Shown piece by piece: positions 42,572-53,006 of a stretch of 64,000 bases of DNA. Every line of letters starts with the position of its first letter. Positions within the stretch are counted from its first letter, which is position 1. Position numbers and translations under genes: made by a program. The notes beneath the pieces were generated by a model that was not told the DNA's origin, searched no databases, and saw nothing but the letters and a program-made list of their open reading frames with translations. Source of the stretch: an uncultured Burkholderiales bacterium (GTDB taxonomy: Bacteria; Pseudomonadota; Gammaproteobacteria; Burkholderiales; Burkholderiaceae_C); contig CAIVLE010000183.1 in assembly GCA_903906635.1 (NCBI GenBank), forward strand, positions 3,769 through 67,768, read 5' to 3'.

Positions 42572-44404
42572 ATGGCGCTGCGCCATACCCTTGATTTTTT
42601 GCTCTACGACTGGCTCAAAGTTGAGGCACTGAACCAACGCCAGCGTTTTGCAGACCACTCGCGAGAGACCTTCGATGCGGTGCTCGACACCTGTGAACGC
42701 ATTGCACGCGAGAAGTTTGCCCCGTTCAACCGCACGATCGATGACCAAGAGCCGCAGTTCGATGGCGAACGCGTGATCTTGCCCCAAGCCACCCATAATG
42801 CCCATGCCGCCTACGCTGCATCAGGCATGCTCGGCGCTGCGCAAGACTACGACATGGGGGGCATGCAGCTGCCTTATGTGGTGGAGTCGGCAGCCAATGC
42901 GTTTTTTGCCTGTGCGTCGGTCAGCATTGGCGGGGGCATGCTGACGGTAGGTAATGCCAACTTGCTCATGGCCTATGGCAGTGAGCGACAAAAACAAGTG
43001 TTTGCACGCAACGAGTTTTCAGGTCGATGGACGGGCACCATGTGCTTGTCAGAACCTCAAGCAGGCTCATCCCTGGGTGACATCAGCACCCGCGCCACAG
43101 CCGATGGCGAGGACTTTGCCAGTGATCCCCTGGGCCCGCGCTACAGGCTCAAGGGCCACAAGATGTGGATCTCTAGCGGTGACCACGAACTGAGCGAAAA
43201 CATCGTCCACTTGGTCTTGGCCAAAATTCCGTGCCCCGATGGCAACCTGCTTGCCGGGGTCAAAGGCATCTCCTTGTTTGTGGTGCCCAAGCACCGTGTC
43301 GATGCGCAGGGGCAACTCACGGGCCAACGCAACGATGTGGCCTTGGCGGGCTTGAATCACAAATGCGGGTGGCGCGGCACCGTGAACACCTTACTCAATT
43401 TTGGCGAAGGCAAATACCCCGATGCCAGCGGGCAAGCCGGGGCCATTGGCTATTTGGTCGGTCAAGCGGGCGAAGGCTTGCGTTGCATGTTCCACATGAT
43501 GAACGAGGCTCGTATTGGGGTGGGCATGGCCGCCACCATGTTGGGACTTGCGGGGTATCACGCTTCACTCGAGTACGCTAAAACACGACCTCAAGGACGT
43601 TTGATCGCGGGCCAGGGCAAAGACGCTGGGGCACCCCAAGTTCGCATCATTGAACACGCCGATGTCAAGCGCATGTTGTTGGCCCAAAAAGCCTATGGCG
43701 AGGGTGCACTTGCCTTGGCCCTGTATTGCGCTCGACTCGTGGACGAACAACGCACCGCTGACGCGACCACGGCTGATGAAGCTCGCTTGCTGCTCGAAGT
43801 GCTGACCCCCATCGCGAAGAGTTGGCCCAGCGAGTGGTGCCTGGAAGCCAATTCACTGGCCATTCAAGTGCTGGGGGGTTATGGCTACACGCGCGACTAC
43901 CCGCTGGAGCAGTACTGGCGCGACAACCGTTTGAACATGATCCATGAAGGCACCCACGGCATACAGGCCCAAGACTTGTTGGGTCGCAAGGTGCGCATGC
44001 AAGACGGGCAGGGCATGCGCTTGCTCGGGCAGCGCGTCCATGCCAGCGTGACCCGTGCCTTGCAACTTGCCCATCAAGACCATCACTTGGGCGAACACGC
44101 CCAAGACTTGAGAGATGCGTTCGAGCAGGTAGCGCGTGCCACGCACCTGGCGTGGACAAACCATGAGCCTGCACAAGCCTTGGCCAATGCCGTGCCTTAC
44201 TTGCAAGCCTTTGGCCACATGGTGCTGGCCTGGACGTGGCTTGAAGTTGAGCTTGCCAGTTTGAAGGACGGGTCTGCCAATTTAGGGCGTCGAACGGCGG
44301 CTGCATTTTTTTACCGTTATGAATTGCCGAAAATCGGCGCTTGGCTCAAGGTCGTCGCGCAATGCGACATGACCTGCGCCGACATGCCTGAAGAGGCTTT
44401 TTAA
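42572..44404 (+). CDS. Long (about 600 aa) acyl-CoA dehydrogenase with a C-terminal extension
   Basis: 610 aa. The ATG comes directly after the thiolase stop. ACAD core motifs are present (GTMCLSEPQAGSSLGD, IHEGTHGIQ). Confidence 0.88.
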   Translation: MALRHTLDFLLYDWLKVEALNQRQRFADHSRETFDAVLDTCERIAREKFAPFNRTIDDQEPQFDGERVILPQATHNAHAAYAASGMLGAAQDYDMGGMQLPYVVESAANAFFACASVSIGGGMLTVGNANLLMAYGSERQKQVFARNEFSGRWTGTMCLSEPQAGSSLGDISTRATADGEDFASDPLGPRYRLKGHKMWISSGDHELSENIVHLVLAKIPCPDGNLLAGVKGISLFVVPKHRVDAQGQLTGQRNDVALAGLNHKCGWRGTVNTLLNFGEGKYPDASGQAGAIGYLVGQAGEGLRCMFHMMNEARIGVGMAATMLGLAGYHASLEYAKTRPQGRLIAGQGKDAGAPQVRIIEHADVKRMLLAQKAYGEGALALALYCARLVDEQRTADATTADEARLLLEVLTPIAKSWPSEWCLEANSLAIQVLGGYGYTRDYPLEQYWRDNRLNMIHEGTHGIQAQDLLGRKVRMQDGQGMRLLGQRVHASVTRALQLAHQDHHLGEHAQDLRDAFEQVARATHLAWTNHEPAQALANAVPYLQAFGHMVLAWTWLEVELASLKDGSANLGRRTAAAFFYRYELPKIGAWLKVVAQCDMTCADMPEEAF

Positions 44405-44416
44405 ACAAGGATTGCC

Positions 44417-44842
44417 ATGCAAGAGAGTTTTGGTGCTTACATCCCCTTTGTCGATCATTTGGGGTTTGAGATGGTTTTTTTTGAGGACGGGCAGTCCGAG
44501 CTGCGCTTTGCCCCAGAGCCCGAACACAACAATTCCTTCAATGTGGTTCACGGCGGTGCCGTGATGACCTTGTTGGATGTGGCCATGGCCACAGCAGCCC
44601 GTAGCGTCGAGCGCACCTCTGGTGCTGTCACCATCGAGATGAAAACCTCCTTCATGCGTGCCGCCGTCGGCCCCCTGACTGCCAAAGGTCGTTTGATCCA
44701 CCGAACGCGCAGCATGGCTTTCACCGAGGCCATGGTGTACGACGCACAAGAGGTCTTGTGTGCCCATTCAACGGGCACCTTCAAGTTGGTACCTCGCGGC
44801 ACAGCAGCAGACAAAACCAGCACCGACATACCGACCGATTGA
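44417..44842 (+). CDS. PaaI-family hotdog-fold thioesterase
   Basis: 141 aa. NSFNVVHGGAVMTLLDVAMA is the typical PaaI/4HBT class II signature. Confidence 0.8.
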   Translation: MQESFGAYIPFVDHLGFEMVFFEDGQSELRFAPEPEHNNSFNVVHGGAVMTLLDVAMATAARSVERTSGAVTIEMKTSFMRAAVGPLTAKGRLIHRTRSMAFTEAMVYDAQEVLCAHSTGTFKLVPRGTAADKTSTDIPTD

Positions 44843-44860
44843 TTTTTTTCAGGAGCTGAC

Positions 44861-45877
44861 ATGCCATTGAACCATTCCTTCGTGCTCGACAGCCGCCCTC
44901 AGGGACAAGCCAGCGTTGAGAACTTCAAGTGGGTGAGCGCCGAGACGCCGGCCTTGCAAGAAGGTCAAGTTCTGGTGCAACACCATTACTTGAGCCTCGA
45001 TCCCTACATGCGTGGGCGAATGAACGACAGCAAAAGCTATGCAGTGCCCCAAGCCTTGGGCGAAGTGATGATTGGTGGTACCGCAGGTCAGGTGCTCGAT
45101 AGCCGGCATCCAAAATTCAAGCCAGGGGACCAGGTGGTGGGCATGGGCGGGTGGCAAAACTTCAGTGTGGTCGATGCCAACGTGCCCGGCATGTTGCGCC
45201 GCGTGGACACCACCCATGTGCCCTTGAGCCATTATTTAGGTGCGGTGGGCATGCCGGGGGTCACGGCTTGGTACGGATTGGTCAAGATCATTGCCCCACA
45301 AGCGGGACAAACCGTCACGGTCAGTGCGGCCAGTGGGGCTGTGGGCAGCAGCTTTGGTGCACTGGCCAAAGCTCGCGGTTGCCGCGTGGTGGGCATTGCC
45401 GGGGGCCAAGAGAAGTGCGATTACGTGGTCAACACCTTGGGCTTTGATGCTTGCGTGGACTACAAAGTGCACAGCGACTACGTATCCTTGTCCAAGGCAT
45501 TGCGCAACGCGTGCCCAGACGGCATTGATGGCCACTTTGAAAACGTGGGCGGTATGGTGTTGGACGCGGTGATGCTGCGCACCAACGCCTTCGCGCGCCT
45601 TGCGGTGTGCGGCATGATCGCTGGCTACAACGGCGCGCCCATGCCCATGGCTAATCCTGCGCTGATTTTGGTGAATCGTTTGAAACTTGAGGGCTTCATC
45701 GTCAGCGAACACATGGAGGTCTGGCCCCAAGCCCTGAGCGAATTGGGCCACTTGGTTGGCAGCGGCCAATTGCGTCCCCGCGAGTCAGTGGCCCATGGTT
45801 TGGCTAGTGCACCCGAGGCCTTTTTGGGACTGCTCCAAGGCAAGAACTTTGGCAAGCAGCTGGTCAAACTGGTTTAA
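44861..45877 (+). CDS. NADP-dependent oxidoreductase (MDR superfamily, YncB/CurA/alkenal reductase-like)
   Basis: 338 aa. The stretch LSLDPYMRGRM is typical of this subfamily, and the cofactor loop is VSAASGAVGS. Confidence 0.85.
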   Translation: MPLNHSFVLDSRPQGQASVENFKWVSAETPALQEGQVLVQHHYLSLDPYMRGRMNDSKSYAVPQALGEVMIGGTAGQVLDSRHPKFKPGDQVVGMGGWQNFSVVDANVPGMLRRVDTTHVPLSHYLGAVGMPGVTAWYGLVKIIAPQAGQTVTVSAASGAVGSSFGALAKARGCRVVGIAGGQEKCDYVVNTLGFDACVDYKVHSDYVSLSKALRNACPDGIDGHFENVGGMVLDAVMLRTNAFARLAVCGMIAGYNGAPMPMANPALILVNRLKLEGFIVSEHMEVWPQALSELGHLVGSGQLRPRESVAHGLASAPEAFLGLLQGKNFGKQLVKLV

Positions 45878-45888
45878 AGACCTGAGCC

Positions 45889-46791
45889 ATGATTGCAAAC
45901 TTCGAAGGCAAAACAGCGGTCCTGACGGGTGCTGGCTCGGGCTTTGGCCTAGAGTGCGCTCGCATTGGCGCCCAACGCGGCATGAACTTGGTGCTGGTAG
46001 ACGTTCAACGCGATGCCTTAGAGGCCGCACACGAAGAACTCTCAGCACAAGGGGTGAAGGTGTTGTCGCGTTGTGTGGATGTCTCCCAAGCCGACGCCAT
46101 GCAAGCCTTGGCTGAGCAGACATACACCCAATTCGGCGCACCGCATTTGGTGTTCAACAACGCAGGCGTTGGCGCCGGTGGTTTGGTGTGGGAAAACTCA
46201 CTCGCAGACTGGCAGTGGGTGCTTGGCGTGAACCTGTGGGGCGTGATACATGGTGTGCGCTTGTTCACCCCCATGATGCTGCAAGCGGCAAAACTCGATG
46301 CGCTCTACCAAGGCCATATCGTCAACACCGCCAGCATGGCGGGCTTGCTCACGCCTCCAAACATGGGCATTTACAACGTGAGCAAACACGCCGTGGTGGC
46401 CCTGACAGAAACGCTTTACCAAGACCTTCAGTTGGTCTCAGACCAAGTCGGTGCCAGTGTGCTGTGTCCGTACTTTGTGCCCACAGGCATTGGACAAAGC
46501 CAGCGCAATCGACCCGACGCACTGGCCCACGAGCCTCTCACGGCAAGCCAGCGTATCGGTCAAGCGATGATGGACAAAGCTGTTCACAGTGGGAAAGTCA
46601 GTGCGGCAGAAGTGGCGCAAAAGGTGTTTGATGCGGTGAGCGCGAATCAGTTCTACGTTTACAGCCATCCCCAGGCGCTGGGCAATGTGGCGCAGCGCAT
46701 GCAAGCCATCGTGTCGCAAAGCCAGCCGCCAGACCCCTTTGCGGCACGCCCCGAGTTGGGCCAACAACTTCGGGCTGATTTGCGAACTTAA
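45889..46791 (+). CDS. SDR-family oxidoreductase
   Basis: TGAGSGFG cofactor loop, NNAG, and catalytic YNVSK (Y-x-x-x-K). Confidence 0.85.
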   Translation: MIANFEGKTAVLTGAGSGFGLECARIGAQRGMNLVLVDVQRDALEAAHEELSAQGVKVLSRCVDVSQADAMQALAEQTYTQFGAPHLVFNNAGVGAGGLVWENSLADWQWVLGVNLWGVIHGVRLFTPMMLQAAKLDALYQGHIVNTASMAGLLTPPNMGIYNVSKHAVVALTETLYQDLQLVSDQVGASVLCPYFVPTGIGQSQRNRPDALAHEPLTASQRIGQAMMDKAVHSGKVSAAEVAQKVFDAVSANQFYVYSHPQALGNVAQRMQAIVSQSQPPDPFAARPELGQQLRADLRT

Positions 46792-46819
46792 ACGCCCCCC
46801 CCGTGTACTGTTCTGGATC

Positions 46820-47170
46820 TCAATGAAAGTGGCCCTCAAAGCAGTGCCGCACCTCATGGCCGATGACCACATGGTTGGGGTTGGGCGTGGTGACAATGGT
46901 GCACTGTTGGTTCTGAACCGACCAAGTGGCGCAGGCCACGGCAGGATTAGCCATGGCAGCGCCTGCTTTTTGGGCCATCTTTGAGCAGTATTCAGCTGCA
47001 TCTGGGCGCACGTCCCAGGTCAGCTTGACTTGGTTCATGGTGCGTTGGTTGGGCGCTTGCGCTTTGAACTCCGCGTATTCCGAAGCAGCAATGGTGTAGC
47101 ACCCAGACAGCAACAGCGGGGCGAGCAAGATCAGCATTTGCTCGACATATCTTGGGCGGGGGTCATCCAT
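46820..47170 (-). CDS. Small predicted lipoprotein with a C-terminal HExxH-containing His-rich motif
   Basis: 116 aa with the lipobox LLLSGC. The mature part has four further Cys residues. The last 13 residues are GHEVRHCFEGHFH. I do not recognise the family. Confidence 0.5.
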   Translation of the reverse strand: MDDPRPRYVEQMLILLAPLLLSGCYTIAASEYAEFKAQAPNQRTMNQVKLTWDVRPDAAEYCSKMAQKAGAAMANPAVACATWSVQNQQCTIVTTPNPNHVVIGHEVRHCFEGHFH

Positions 47171-47173
47171 GGT

Positions 47174-47226
47174 TTGATCTTGTTAATTCAGCGATTGATA
47201 TTGTTGATATCGTCAGATTTATCAAT
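47174..47226. promoter_or_regulatory. AT-rich cluster of TTGATNT repeats in the divergent lipoprotein/tex intergenic region
   Basis: TTGATCT starts at 47174. TTGATAT starts at 47195 and again at 47204, 9 bp apart. The inverted partner TATCAAT at 47220-47226 is complementary to ATTGATA at 47194-47200. Confidence 0.3.
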
Positions 47227-47343
47227 TTCTAGATAGCCTGCCTCTCACAAACTAGGAGAGTGCGGCTCACATGGGGCGGGTTGTCTGCGCGTTCGCGCGT
47301 GTGGGAAACTTGTCCCGTTTGTTGAACCGATCACTCCTAAAAA

Positions 47344-49725
<2,382 letters not shown>

Positions 49726-49740
49726 CCCCAGGTCTTCGCC

Positions 49741-50816
49741 TTGAAAGCCCTGCATATCTTCGCTGGCCCCAAAGCGATGGCCCACATCCAATCCCAGGGC
49801 CTCAAGCCCGAGCATGTGGGCGTCATTGCCGGTGCGGCGGGAGGCCCCAAGGGTTTGATCCTAGGTCCACTTGACCGTTTTTTGTTTGGCACGTGGTTGC
49901 CCCAAAGCACGCAGCCGATCGACTTGGTCGGTGCCTCCATTGGCGCGTGGCGCATGGCCACCGCTTGCATGAACCAAGCTGTGCTCGGTTTTGAGCGTCT
50001 ATCGCACGACTACATCACCAACGCTACGAGCCTTTGCCTGGCCAACGACGACCCAGCGCGCAGCAGGTCAGTGACGCGTTTGGCCGAAGTTTGAACGCCT
50101 TTTATGGCGGACACATCGCCGAGGTGTTGAGCCACCCGCGCTTTCGTTTGCATGTGGTCACCTCACGCGGCAAACACATCCTGCACCGCGAGCACCCGCT
50201 GCTCACGCCCCTGGGCTATGCGGGCGCCTATCTCTGCAACGCTGTACAGCGCAAAGCCATGGGCGCGTGGCTGGAGCGCGTGGTGTTTTCTAGCCGTGGC
50301 GAACTGCCCTTTGACACGCGTGACTTTGCCACCCAGCAAGTCAAGCTCAACGAGCGCAATTTCCTCGCCGCGTTACAAGCCAGTTGTTCCATCCCGTTCG
50401 TGCTGCAAGCTGTTCACGACATTGCCGATGCACCCAAGGGCGCTTACTGGGACGGTGGCATCACCGATTACCACTTGCACCTCGACTACAAAGGCCTGGT
50501 GCTCTACCCACACTTTCAACAAGCCGTGGTGCCCGGTTGGCTCGACAAAGCCTTGAAGTGGCGCCACAAAGCCACCCCGTTTTTAGACCACACCATCGTC
50601 TTGGCCCCCAATCCCGATTGGGTGCGCACGTTACCCAACGGCAAGCTCCCCGATCGATCGGACTTTGTGACGTATGCACATGACTGGGATGCACGCGTGA
50701 AGGTGTGGCAACAAGCCGCATCGGCCAGTCAGCAACTGGCCGACGAATTTGCGGCTTGGCTGGACAAGCCCCTTAGCCAGGCTGTATTTGCCCTGTCCCC
50801 GAAAAATCAACGCTAG
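49741..50816 (+). pseudogene. Patatin-like phospholipase gene interrupted by a 1-nt frameshift
   Basis: ORF 49741..50094 carries the glycine-rich loop (GAAGGPKG) and the G-x-S-x-G nucleophile (GASIG). ORF 50034..50816, one nucleotide back in frame, carries the catalytic Asp (YWDGGITDY). The two frames overlap by 61 nt, and their plausible protein-like reading switches near 50017-50022. Confidence 0.65.
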
Positions 50817-50823
50817 ACCCAAT

Positions 50824-51981
50824 TCACATGGAAGCTTGCAGCATGTCTCGGTAGTCTTGGGGGCTGGCCAAGCGGGGATTGGTTTTGTGGCAATGGTCAG
50901 CCAAAGCACCCTCTATCACGGCATCGAAGTTAGAGGGTTCAACGCCCATGTGCTCCAAGCCCTGGGGCAAACCCAGGCGCGCATTCATGGCCGTGATGGC
51001 CTTGGCAATCACCTGCGCGGCTTCAAGGGGGTCAAGGATGTCGCCCAAGCCCATCGCGTGCGCCATGCGCTGCATGCGCCGTTCGCGCTGGACCGACTCG
51101 GCGTGGGCGTTAAAGCGCACCACCGCTGGCAAGAACATGGCATTCAAGGTGCCATGGTGCAAGCGGGGGTTGACGCCTCCCAGGCTGTGACTCAAGGAGT
51201 GCACACAGCCCAAGCCTTTTTGAAACGCCATGGCGCCTTGCATGGATGCACTCATCATATTCAGCCGTGCCTCACGGTCTTGGCCGTTGGACGTGGCGCG
51301 CTCGATGCAGGCCCAGCCTCGTGTCAAGCCATCGAGGGCAATGCCATCAGCAGGCGGGTTGAAAGGGGCCGCCATGAAAGTTTCCATGCAATGCGCGATG
51401 GCGTCCATGCCGGTGGCGGCCGTCAGGGCAGGGGGCAAGCCCAGGGTGAGTTCGGGGTCGAGCAGGGCGGCTTTGGGCATCAAGTCCCAGGAGTGAAATC
51501 CAAGTTTGCGCCCGTCGTCCACAATCACAATGGCGCCGCGTGCCACTTCGCTGCCCGTACCCGCGGTGGTGGGCACGGCAATCAGCGGTGCCACCGCCGA
51601 GGTGATTTTGGGGGAGCCGCCTTCGATGGTGGCGTAAGTTTTGAGCGCTCCGGCATGGGTGGCAGCAATCGCCACGCCTTTGGCGCAGTCGATGGACGAG
51701 CCGCCGCCCAAGGCAATCAAGCCGTCACACTGGTGAGCGTGGTAGACGGCCACCGCTGCACGCACGGCAGCTTCTGTGGGATTGGAAGGCGTTTGGTCGA
51801 ACACAGCCACTGGCAGGTCGGGCAAGGCATCAAGGGCTTTTTGCAAAATACCAACCGCTTTGACACCGGCATCGGTCACGATGAGTGGGCGCAGGATGCG
51901 TGCTTTTTGGCATTCAGCCGCCAAGGTGCTGAGCACGCCAAAGTCGATCTGAATGTTCGTGAGGTAGAGAATTTGAGCCAT
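50824..51981 (-). CDS. Iron-containing (group III) alcohol dehydrogenase
   Basis: 385 aa with the GGGSSIDCAK motif and His-rich metal site context (HCMETF, HSLSHSLGG). Confidence 0.9.
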   Translation of the reverse strand: MAQILYLTNIQIDFGVLSTLAAECQKARILRPLIVTDAGVKAVGILQKALDALPDLPVAVFDQTPSNPTEAAVRAAVAVYHAHQCDGLIALGGGSSIDCAKGVAIAATHAGALKTYATIEGGSPKITSAVAPLIAVPTTAGTGSEVARGAIVIVDDGRKLGFHSWDLMPKAALLDPELTLGLPPALTAATGMDAIAHCMETFMAAPFNPPADGIALDGLTRGWACIERATSNGQDREARLNMMSASMQGAMAFQKGLGCVHSLSHSLGGVNPRLHHGTLNAMFLPAVVRFNAHAESVQRERRMQRMAHAMGLGDILDPLEAAQVIAKAITAMNARLGLPQGLEHMGVEPSNFDAVIEGALADHCHKTNPRLASPQDYRDMLQASM

Positions 51982-52020
51982 GGCAAACTATAAAAGCCTC
52001 AGCCACAAATTGCACGCCCT

Positions 52021-52983
52021 ATGAGTCACCCTCGCAACCCTCAAAGTCTGCTCACTCCCGCCATGCGCCAAGTGCTGCATGCCATCGCCAAAGCCGCTCG
52101 CCCACCCATCGCCATGTTGAGCGCCCAACAAGCCAAAGCGGCCTATGCCTCTGGCGCGGGCGTCTTGGAGCCCGACCCGCAGAAAATGGCCCGCGATGAA
52201 AGTTTGAGCATCCCCGCCCGGGATGGTGCCCAACTGCCGGCCAAGCTGTGGGCTCAACACCCCAGGCCTGAGATGCCAGTCTTGCTGTACTTTCATGGAG
52301 GAGGCTTCACCGTAGGCAGTCCACACACGCATGAAGCTTTGTGCAAACACCTGGCGCATTTGGCGCAGTGCGCAGTGTTGTCTCTGGACTATCGGTTGGC
52401 ACCCGAACACACTTTTCCCACCGCACACCACGACGCATTCGATGCTTTGCAGTGGTTGGTTAAACATGCCCCTGAGCTGGGGCTGGATGCCAAACGCATC
52501 GCCTTGGGCGGCGACAGCGCAGGGGGCACACTCACTGCCGCCACGGCCATTGCGGCGCGTGATGCGGGCATCGAGTTGCGGCTGCAGCTGATGTTTTACC
52601 CGGGGTGTTCGCCCGAGCACATGCCGTCTGCACACACCTTTGAGAAAGGTTTTTTGCTAGAAAAAACAAGCATTGATTATTTTTACAACCACTACTTGCC
52701 CAATGCCAGCGACCGCCGCGACCCGCGCTTTTCACCCTTGTTGGTAGAGGACGTGTCTGGCTTAGCGCCGGCTTGGATCGGACTGGCCGAGTGCGATCCG
52801 CTGGTGGATGAGGGCGTGGCCTATGCCGACCACTTGCGCGCGCAAGGCGTTGCAGTAGACCTGGAGATTTACAAAGGCGTGGTGCACAGCTTTATCCAAA
52901 TGGGCCGCGTCATCCCTGAGGCCTTGACGGCCCACGCCGATGCGGCTCGGGCGCTGCGCCATGCCTTTGGAGAACACACATGA
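52021..52983 (+). CDS. Alpha/beta hydrolase, hormone-sensitive-lipase-type esterase
   Basis: HGGGF oxyanion motif (LLYFHGGGF) and GDSAGG nucleophile elbow. 320 aa. Confidence 0.85.
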   Translation: MSHPRNPQSLLTPAMRQVLHAIAKAARPPIAMLSAQQAKAAYASGAGVLEPDPQKMARDESLSIPARDGAQLPAKLWAQHPRPEMPVLLYFHGGGFTVGSPHTHEALCKHLAHLAQCAVLSLDYRLAPEHTFPTAHHDAFDALQWLVKHAPELGLDAKRIALGGDSAGGTLTAATAIAARDAGIELRLQLMFYPGCSPEHMPSAHTFEKGFLLEKTSIDYFYNHYLPNASDRRDPRFSPLLVEDVSGLAPAWIGLAECDPLVDEGVAYADHLRAQGVAVDLEIYKGVVHSFIQMGRVIPEALTAHADAARALRHAFGEHT

Positions 52984-53006
52984 CACGCATGACACGCATG
53001 ACACGT
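52980..53006 (+). repeat. Three tandem copies of a 9-bp unit (ATGACACGC, ATGACACGC, ATGACACGT)
   Basis: Read directly from the sequence. It encodes MTR-MTR-MTR at the start of the next CDS. The first copy overlaps the esterase stop (ATGA). Confidence 0.9.

Noticed and set aside
46795-46802. C8 homopolymer tract
   Set aside because: It sits in the 28-bp gap between two convergent stop codons, so length variation would not alter any reading frame or promoter. It is not a credible phase-variation switch.
50749-51993. 414-aa plus-strand ORF spanning the alcohol dehydrogenase locus
   Set aside because: The minus-strand frame encodes a textbook iron-type ADH (GGGSSIDCAK). The plus-strand product is G/H/A/R-rich with no motif, so it is a shadow ORF.
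52980-53006. Possibility that the 9-bp tandem repeat is a CRISPR-like or minisatellite array
   Set aside because: There are only three directly abutting 9-bp units with no spacers. The tract is in frame and coding, so it is a simple tandem duplication at a start codon.
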